Assembly: GCA_013286945.1 (NCBI GenBank)
Contig: JABDET010000002.1
Coordinates: forward strand, 1 to 61,712
Length of the DNA: 61,712 nucleotides
DNA from: Candidatus Melainabacteria bacterium
GTDB lineage: Bacteria; Vulcanimicrobiota; JABDET01
Direction of reading: 5' to 3'
Position 1 is the first letter of the stretch, and the number at the start of each line of letters is the position of its first letter. The translations under genes were made by a program, and so were the position numbers. Below, piece by piece: positions 47,028 to 53,125 of this stretch. A model generated the notes under the pieces. The model was not told the origin of the DNA. It saw nothing but the letters and a program-made list of their open reading frames with translations, and made no database searches.

Positions 47028-47062
47028 CTCACATCAAGATTAAATTTAGTTAATGAGTGCGA

Positions 47063-47152
47063 TTAGTTTTCTGTGAGGATCACCTTGTAGAGTAGGTAAG
47101 CAGTAACGGAGCCTGTGGTTTGGAATATGCGCCAATAGAAATTGGTGTCCAT
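47063..47152 (-). CDS. mini-ORF B, 29 aa, YqzL-like
   Basis: My translation is MDTNFYWRIFQTTGSVTAYLLYKVILTEN. TAGGAGGTGA SD lies 11 nt upstream. Paralogous to mini-ORF A. Below the ORF-track length cutoff. Confidence 0.6.
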   Translation of the reverse strand: MDTNFYWRIFQTTGSVTAYLLYKVILTEN

Positions 47153-47170
47153 TTAACCGTTCTTCACCTC

Positions 47171-47278
47171 CTAGGATTTAAGCTTGCAATACATGATATA
47201 AGCGACGAGCGAACCTGTGTTTTGGAAGAGTTGCCAGAACAGCTCGGGCGTTTCTTGTGCGGAAGTTATAACGCTCAT
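47171..47278 (-). CDS. mini-ORF A, 35 aa, YqzL-like
   Basis: My translation is MSVITSAQETPELFWQLFQNTGSLVAYIMYCKLKS. GGAAGGAG SD lies upstream. It is the C-terminal part of track ORF 47171..47380. Confidence 0.6.
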   Translation of the reverse strand: MSVITSAQETPELFWQLFQNTGSLVAYIMYCKLKS

Positions 47279-47336
47279 CTTCGCTCCTTCCAGGACCTTG
47301 CACGGAGTGCTTAATCTTCCGTGTGCCTTCAAGTTG

Positions 47337-47366
47337 AGTATAACATACCTGTCAAGACTAAGGCAA
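47337..47366 (-). promoter_or_regulatory. sigma70 promoter with extended -10 for the mini-ORF/pheST transcript
   Basis: On the minus strand: TTGCCT (47366-47361), 18-nt spacer ending in TGt, TATACT (47342-47337). A CACGGA/TCCGTG hairpin lies in the predicted 5' UTR (47300-47327). Confidence 0.45.
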
Positions 47367-47379
47367 GCATTCAGATACA

Positions 47380-47403
47380 AGCATTAGAGTTAACTCTAAT
47401 GCT
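47380..47403. promoter_or_regulatory. perfect 24-bp palindrome (candidate operator) in divergent promoter region
   Basis: AGCATTAGAGTT|AACTCTAATGCT. Confidence 0.5.
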
Positions 47404-47505
47404 TCTTGAAAACATTGAGTTTTCGATGTTTGTCACTCTTTTGACAACCTTGGGTTATGATGTCGCATAAGCAAGATTTTTCGAGCTTGGAAGGAGGTGA
47501 ATTTC

Positions 47506-47745
47506 ATGAAGAAGATGTTCATACCGTTGATGCTGTGTAGCCTTCTCTTGACATCGGCGGGGTCTGGTGCTTGGAGCCACACCAATTCGACTTCCCCTCG
47601 AATTCAGGTTTCCTCCCAGGATCAAACACCAAAGCCCCATCGCAAGAAGGGAAGGCATTCGCACAAAAAACATAAGGGGAATACGGATCAGAATGCCGGG
47701 ACCGATAAGCCGACCAACTCAACTCCCGACGACTCAAAGAAGTAA
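47506..47745 (+). CDS. small secreted His/Lys-rich protein
   Basis: GGAAGGAGG SD. Signal peptide MKKMFIPLMLCSLLLTSAGSGA, then PKPHRKKGRHSHKKHKGN. A strong terminator follows. Confidence 0.6.
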   Translation: MKKMFIPLMLCSLLLTSAGSGAWSHTNSTSPRIQVSSQDQTPKPHRKKGRHSHKKHKGNTDQNAGTDKPTNSTPDDSKK

Positions 47746-47763
47746 ACGAGGAAGACATGTGAA

Positions 47764-47791
47764 GGAGAGCCCGCGGGCTCTCCTCTTTTTT
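47764..47791 (+). terminator. rho-independent terminator
   Basis: GGAGAGCC-CGCG-GGCTCTCC followed by TCTTTTTT. Confidence 0.8.
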
Positions 47792-47823
47792 ATAACCGTA
47801 AATCGTCAATCGAAAATCAACGT

Positions 47824-48057
47824 CTAGGGGTTTGTTAATAGATGGTAGGCTTCATCCAATCCCTGCTTCCATTCCCCGGCATGATCCGGGAATACGAGGA
47901 CTCGATTGCTTTTCCAGCTACCGTCGATGTTACGGGATTCGCTTACCACCAAATATCGGCTCCCATTCTTTTCCGATTGTTTGACATCAATGAAATAGCT
48001 TCTTCCTACACCACCAGGGACCCGTTTACTGAAAAGTGTCTTACCGTGTTCTGCCAT
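47824..48057 (-). CDS. bacterial PUR-alpha-like nucleic-acid-binding protein (DUF3276-like)
   Basis: LFSKRVPGGVGRSYFIDVKQSEKNGSRYLVVSESRNIDG...NRVLVFPDHAGEWKQGLDEA matches the PUR-repeat pattern as I recall it. AAGGAG SD lies before ATG 48057. Confidence 0.55.
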   Translation of the reverse strand: MAEHGKTLFSKRVPGGVGRSYFIDVKQSEKNGSRYLVVSESRNIDGSWKSNRVLVFPDHAGEWKQGLDEAYHLLTNP

Positions 48058-48162
48058 GACAATCTCCTTTATTTGAAATTTGAATTTCAAGGCCCATGGT
48101 ATCAATCACGAATCAAAAAAGTGTCAAAGGAAGAGCCTCTTTGGATTCCGAATGAAAATAGA

Positions 48163-48936
48163 GTGAAACCTGAGAGCCAATCACGTCCAATCAAGGGAGT
48201 CATCTTTGATTTGGGTCACACATTGATGAATTTCCACGGAGATTGGGACGATGTCTACCGACAGGGGAACGAAGCGCTTCATGATTTCTTGACGAAGAAA
48301 GGATATTCGGTTTCTCCCGAGGTCATCCAGCACTTTTTCTCAAGGCGGTATGAGGGACATTTGGAGGCAGATAAAACCTGGGTCGAGCATACCGCGGTTA
48401 AAGCACTCCAAGAGACATTTCAAAAATTCAACCTCAATGGAACCAAAGAGGGGCTTCTTTTGGATGCTCTTGAGACTTATTTCTTGCCAGAAATTGAAAA
48501 CTGGAAACCCTATCCAGACAGTATTTCCACTCTTGAAAGATTGAGAAAAGAGGGGTATCGACTTGCCCTCATCTCCAATGCTACTCACCATCCGTTTATT
48601 CTTTCTTGCCTTCAACGTTTTGGTTTCGAGGAGTATCTAGATCCAGCGGTATCGAGTGCCGCGTTTCCGGTGCGGAAACCACACCCAGATATATTTCTGC
48701 ATGTAAAAAACGCTTGGGGATTTGATCCAGAGGAAATCGCGTATGTGGGGGACCAGCTTTTTTTCGATGTTTTTGGAGCGCATCAAGTCGGGATGAAAGG
48801 AATCTGGTTCAAACAAGAGACAGACAAAGCGCACACCTATATCCCCGAAGATCTGAAAAATGATCCGCGCCTTACTCCAGACGCCACCATTTTGCAGCTC
48901 AGCGATCTCCCGAAGGTGCTCCAATCTTGGAAATGA
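48163..48936 (+). CDS. HAD-superfamily hydrolase
   Basis: IKGVIFDLGHTL (motif I DxD-like), ISNA (motif II), VGDQLFFDVFGA (motif IV). Start is uncertain (GTG 48121 or 48163). The upstream part of the track ORF is the shadow of the PUR-like gene. Confidence 0.75.
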   Translation: MKPESQSRPIKGVIFDLGHTLMNFHGDWDDVYRQGNEALHDFLTKKGYSVSPEVIQHFFSRRYEGHLEADKTWVEHTAVKALQETFQKFNLNGTKEGLLLDALETYFLPEIENWKPYPDSISTLERLRKEGYRLALISNATHHPFILSCLQRFGFEEYLDPAVSSAAFPVRKPHPDIFLHVKNAWGFDPEEIAYVGDQLFFDVFGAHQVGMKGIWFKQETDKAHTYIPEDLKNDPRLTPDATILQLSDLPKVLQSWK

Positions 48937-48937
48937 A

Positions 48938-49828
48938 ATGAAAAGAAACGCTTTCGAAGGTCGGCTCCTCGGTGCTCACATGTCGATTGCTGGTGGTGTG
49001 GATAGCGCTATTGGTCGAGGTGAGCGTGTTGGGTGTACCGCGATTCAGATTTTCACAAAGAATAACAATCAATGGAATGCCAAGCCTTTAAGTGGTGAAG
49101 AGATCGGTGCCTTCAAAGAAGCGCAACAAAAAACAAAGGTTGTCGCTTCCTTGGCCCATTGCGCCTATCTCATCAATTTGGCTTCTCCAGACAAAGGAAA
49201 CTGGGAACGCTCTTTTAATGGAATGAAGAATGAAGTGCTTCGGGCAGGGGAATTGGAGATTCCTTATCTTGTTCTTCATCCAGGCTCCCATACCGGCTCC
49301 GGCGCTACAGAAGGGATCAAGCGAATTTCTGATGCCATTAATCGGATCCACGAAGAACAAGCACATCGACTCCCAATGATTTTACTGGAATGCATGGCAG
49401 GTCAGGGTTCCAGCATCGGATCCAAGTTTGAAGAACTGAGGGATATTATGGCAGACATTAAAGATCAATCGAGAATTGGAATCTGCATTGACACTTGTCA
49501 CATGTTTGCTGCGGGCTACGATATCCGAACTCGGGAAACTTATGACGCATCGTTTCAGGAGTTTGACCGGATCGTTGGGTTAGAATGGATTAAGGCATTC
49601 CACTTGAATGATTCAAAGAAAGATCTAGCGTGTCATGTGGATCGGCATGAACATATCGGCAAGGGGTTCATCGGACTTGAAGCGTTCCGGTGTCTGTTAA
49701 ATGATCCGCGGTTTTCCAAATTGCCCATGGTTCTTGAGACCCCCAAAAATGAAGATGACTCCTGGGACTTGATGAATCTTGATGCGTTGGAAAGCTTGTT
49801 TACGCGGAGCGAAAAGGTAAGGAGTTAG
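48938..49828 (+). CDS. nfo: deoxyribonuclease IV (endonuclease IV)
   Basis: LGAHMSIAGG, IQIFTKNNNQW, LVLHPGSH, CIDTCHMFAAGYD, FHLNDSK. Confidence 0.93.
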   Translation: MKRNAFEGRLLGAHMSIAGGVDSAIGRGERVGCTAIQIFTKNNNQWNAKPLSGEEIGAFKEAQQKTKVVASLAHCAYLINLASPDKGNWERSFNGMKNEVLRAGELEIPYLVLHPGSHTGSGATEGIKRISDAINRIHEEQAHRLPMILLECMAGQGSSIGSKFEELRDIMADIKDQSRIGICIDTCHMFAAGYDIRTRETYDASFQEFDRIVGLEWIKAFHLNDSKKDLACHVDRHEHIGKGFIGLEAFRCLLNDPRFSKLPMVLETPKNEDDSWDLMNLDALESLFTRSEKVRS

Positions 49829-49829
49829 G

Positions 49830-50195
49830 ATGCAAAAGGTTTTCTTGATTCTCGGCGCCTGTTCTGCATTTGTTTCGGTTGCTGCTGGTGCTTTCGGAGC
49901 TCATTTTCTCAGGGAGAAGGTTTCACAAGAATACCTGGCTGTTTTCGAAACCGGTGCACGGTATGAAATGTATCATGCGCTTGCTTTGATTGGCGTGGCT
50001 CTTGCGCTCACCCAATGGCCAAGTTCAAGGCTCATCCTTGCCGGATGGTTTTTTGCAGGGGGGACGGTTCTTTTTTCGGGGAGCCTTTATCTCTTAGCTT
50101 TAACCCAAATCCGTATCCTCGGAGCCATCACTCCACTGGGTGGCGTGATGTTCCTTGCCGGATGGGCTTGGATGATCTGGGCTTTTGCTGGGTAA
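49830..50195 (+). CDS. DUF423 membrane protein (YgdD/TMEM256 family)
   Basis: Four TM helices, GAFGAH and YHALAL motifs. Confidence 0.85.
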   Translation: MQKVFLILGACSAFVSVAAGAFGAHFLREKVSQEYLAVFETGARYEMYHALALIGVALALTQWPSSRLILAGWFFAGGTVLFSGSLYLLALTQIRILGAITPLGGVMFLAGWAWMIWAFAG

Positions 50196-50238
50196 GACCC
50201 CCTTTCCCAAGGGTTAACAAAATGGTAACATTTCTGAC

Positions 50239-50268
50239 TTGACGCGAAGTTTCACGATCAGTTAAGAT
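50239..50268 (+). promoter_or_regulatory. candidate sigma70 promoter (TTGACG-18-TAAGAT)
   Basis: Hexamers at 50239-50244 and 50263-50268, upstream of the 50290 gene. Confidence 0.4.
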
Positions 50269-50289
50269 AGGTTTTTGGAGGTATGCCCG

Positions 50290-51486
50290 ATGAACACCCA
50301 ATCAATCAGTCCTATTCTCCCATTGGTTTCGTGGGTACAAGACCTTCCCACGCGTGGAAGGCCACCTAAAGCTGAAGAGTTTGAGCAGGCAGCTCATGAA
50401 CTTCATGTTGCGCCAGAACAAGCGGTTGGAGTTTATCTTGCTCAGCAAGCAAAAAACGAGGGCTACTTTGCTCCTTTCGCTGAATTTTCACTAAAAGATG
50501 CATTTGGCGTAGCCGCCAATTTGGCGATCCCGGGAATGGGAATAAGACTTGACTCTTTTGGAGAACTGATTGAGAACGCCCAGAAAGAATGCAATCTAAA
50601 TAATAAAGAACTAGCCGATCGGACCAAGGTCGATCCCGTATCGATTTTACATTACAAAGCAGAGGCCCATTTTCCCCCTTACAATACTTTTCGGTCATCT
50701 CCTTTGGCTGAGTTTATTCATCTTCATTGTGGGGTTTCTCCTATGGAAAGTCTGGCCTTGCGTAATGCAAATGAAATTGTAAAACGTTACAATACAGAAC
50801 CGGTTGCCCTAAAAAGGGGAGCCATAGAGATTTTAACTGGCAAACCGAAAGTTAAAGTAGGTCAAACGCGATGGGCTTATTTTCTTACCAACTTCGTAAG
50901 AACATTCAACGAGAAGCGAGTGGATAAAATTAATTTTTCTCGTTTGGGTCGAATTTTAAACGTATCGAGAGCCGTGGTTTCCTCCTATCGTACTGGTGTT
51001 AGGATGCCAAATCCTGATAATTTTTTTCTCCTAAGAAAACGGCTGGAGGCTGCTCGATTATGGGATGCGGTAGAGGAAGCCACGACTGCTTTCATCGTGA
51101 CTGAAATTCAAAAAAAATACTCAGAAGAACCTGAGGGGCTTAATCGTGCCATGCGACTTATTAGCAATACAAGACTCACGGCAGCGATTACTAACAACCC
51201 TTTTGGAGAGGTTCTGATGAGGATTTCAATCACACAAGATCATGAGGAAGCTTTAATTGAGAAGCTAGGAATAAACAGAGTTTCTTTAAGGGCGTATAAA
51301 TTAGGATTGCGGTTTCCCTCCACTGCGATATTTTCTCGCATGATCCCCTGCCTGCGTGATGATTATAGAGTTCCCCCTCTCCAAGTAACTGGAGCGTTTT
51401 TGGCCAGCAAAGCCAGGAAAATTACCGGTTTGCCTGAAATGAAAGCAGCCCTTCAATTTGCCGGTCAAGTTGTGGATGAACTCTAA
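50290..51486 (+). CDS. hypothetical protein with three tandem XRE/Cro-like helix-turn-helix modules
   Basis: Repeats: FGELIENAQKECNLNNKELADRTKVDPVSILHYKAEAHFPPYNTF / FLTNFVRTF..INFSRLGRILNVSRAVVSSYRTGVRMPNPDNFFLL / FGEVLMRI..EALIEKLGINRVSLRAYKLGLRFPSTAIFSRM. GGAGG lies 9 nt before ATG 50290. Confidence 0.55.
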   Translation: MNTQSISPILPLVSWVQDLPTRGRPPKAEEFEQAAHELHVAPEQAVGVYLAQQAKNEGYFAPFAEFSLKDAFGVAANLAIPGMGIRLDSFGELIENAQKECNLNNKELADRTKVDPVSILHYKAEAHFPPYNTFRSSPLAEFIHLHCGVSPMESLALRNANEIVKRYNTEPVALKRGAIEILTGKPKVKVGQTRWAYFLTNFVRTFNEKRVDKINFSRLGRILNVSRAVVSSYRTGVRMPNPDNFFLLRKRLEAARLWDAVEEATTAFIVTEIQKKYSEEPEGLNRAMRLISNTRLTAAITNNPFGEVLMRISITQDHEEALIEKLGINRVSLRAYKLGLRFPSTAIFSRMIPCLRDDYRVPPLQVTGAFLASKARKITGLPEMKAALQFAGQVVDEL

Positions 51487-51521
51487 GTAGCGCAGCCACT
51501 GACCACCAAGCAGTCCTGGGA

Positions 51522-52043
51522 CTAATACTCTTTGCCCCGGAATGCTCGGTCCACTTCACGCTGTGCTTCTTTTTCGCGGATGGATTGCCTCTTGTCAAAG
51601 AGCTTTTTCCCTTTAGCTAAGGCAATTTCTACTTTAGCCCAACGGCCTTTGAAGTAAACGCGCGTGGGAATGAGCGAATAACCGCGTTCGTTCACCTTTC
51701 CAATGAGGCGGCGTATTTCGGCGACGTGAAGCAGCAGTCGGCGTTTTCTTTTTGCCTCAGGCTGAAAATGTGAACCGGTGTCCCAAGGATTGATGTGCAT
51801 TCCATGTAGCCAAAGTTCATCCCCTTCAGGTCTTGCAAAAGCATCTTGGATGGAGGCGTTCCCGGCACGAAGGCTTTTGACTTCTGAACCAACCAAGGAT
51901 AAACCCGCTTCAAAAAATTCTTCAAGGAAATACTCAAACTTGGCCTTTCGATTGAGAGCAACAGTCTTGTATTCCTTTTTCTTCTTTGACTCTTGATCGC
52001 TCGGAGGGGCTGCGCTCTCCAAGCGTATCGGCTTCTTTGCCAC
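51522..52043 (-). CDS. smpB: SsrA-binding protein SmpB
   Basis: NRKAKFEYFLEEFFEAGLSLVGSEVKSLR...LHGMHINPW...RKRRLLLH. About 20-aa N-terminal extension. Confidence 0.93.
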   Translation of the reverse strand: MAKKPIRLESAAPPSDQESKKKKEYKTVALNRKAKFEYFLEEFFEAGLSLVGSEVKSLRAGNASIQDAFARPEGDELWLHGMHINPWDTGSHFQPEAKRKRRLLLHVAEIRRLIGKVNERGYSLIPTRVYFKGRWAKVEIALAKGKKLFDKRQSIREKEAQREVDRAFRGKEY

Positions 52044-52080
52044 TAGTTCTCCTCACCCTTGATCGCATTTTCTTGGGAAT

Positions 52081-52518
52081 TCACTTTCGGACCACTTCCT
52101 TGACTTTTGCAAGTAAGCCTTGTGCAGTAACGACGACTTTTCCTTTGGCATTACGGATTTCTCCAGTCGCTTCCACCATTTTGCCTCGATCGTGAACCAT
52201 CCAAGCGGAGGCTTCCATTGATTCGCCCGCAATAATCTTTGCCCTGAACTTGATTTCCATCTTCGCCGTAACCGTTGGAATCTCGTGATAATAAAGAGAG
52301 TAGATCATGAGTTCGTCCAAGATAGTGGCTAAAATCCCCCCGTGGATGATCCCTCCGTAACCTTGATATTCTTTCTTAAGGGTAAAAGAGCAGACCGCCT
52401 TTTGCACGAGTTTTTTGTCCATTTCCGTGGCAACCTGGCGAATGTGAAGCTTCAAGCCAAGGGGATTGTTTTTACCACAAGCAAAGCAATGATCATCGAT
52501 AACAAGCGAGTTTTTCAT
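52081..52518 (-). CDS. PaaI-family hotdog thioesterase
   Basis: CFACGKNNPLGLKL and GGIIHGGILATILDE. Confidence 0.8.
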   Translation of the reverse strand: MKNSLVIDDHCFACGKNNPLGLKLHIRQVATEMDKKLVQKAVCSFTLKKEYQGYGGIIHGGILATILDELMIYSLYYHEIPTVTAKMEIKFRAKIIAGESMEASAWMVHDRGKMVEATGEIRNAKGKVVVTAQGLLAKVKEVVRK

Positions 52519-52537
52519 GTGCGCGAGAGGGGGTTGC

Positions 52538-53125
52538 CTAAATTCTGGTCCGCAATAATTCCCATTCTTTTTCTAATTCTTCCTTTAGCTCTTCGGGTGA
52601 CCCCGTATTCTCGAAGACCCGATCGGCATGTGCCAACTTCTCTTCTGCTGGGAGTTGACTCCTAATCATCCTTAAGGCTTCTTCTTTTGAAATCCCTTCT
52701 CTTTCCATCAATCGTCTTGTCTGGATATCAACTGGAGCATGGATCAACCAAACCTCGTCCACCATCTGATGCAATCCGGCTTCGATGAGGAGGGGCGCCA
52801 CCACAATGCAAACTTCTTTGGCACTGTCTTTTATGGCTTGGAGCACTTCTTTGATGATCACGGGATGAAGAATCTTGTTCAGCTTCTCTCGCTCTTCACT
52901 TGAGTTAAAGATGATGTGTCCTAATTGTTTTCGATCCAGCACTCCGGTAATGAAGGTTTCTGGCCAATTGGTTTTGAGTTTGTCCTGAATTTCGGGAAGG
53001 TTGGCTACTTGCCGAGAGATCTGATCGGCATCGATCACCTCTGCCCCCAAACTTTCGAGGACGTGTGCTGCTTCTGACTTGCCTGCAGCAATTCCGCCGG
53101 TTAATCCGATGACTCGCGATTTCAT
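52538..53125 (-). CDS. coaE: dephospho-CoA kinase
   Basis: VIGLTGGIAAGKS. ATGA overlap with the polA stop. Confidence 0.9.
   Translation of the reverse strand: MKSRVIGLTGGIAAGKSEAAHVLESLGAEVIDADQISRQVANLPEIQDKLKTNWPETFITGVLDRKQLGHIIFNSSEEREKLNKILHPVIIKEVLQAIKDSAKEVCIVVAPLLIEAGLHQMVDEVWLIHAPVDIQTRRLMEREGISKEEALRMIRSQLPAEEKLAHADRVFENTGSPEELKEELEKEWELLRTRI

Noticed and set aside
46977-47340. T-box riboswitch upstream of pheS
   Set aside because: I looked for the conserved T-box sequence (AAnnnGGGTGGTACCGCG-like) and a specifier-loop architecture, and neither is present.
47842-48120. Upstream third of the 364-aa plus-strand ORF
   Set aside because: It is the antisense shadow of the PUR-like gene (47824-48057). 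HAD motif I starts only at about 48190.
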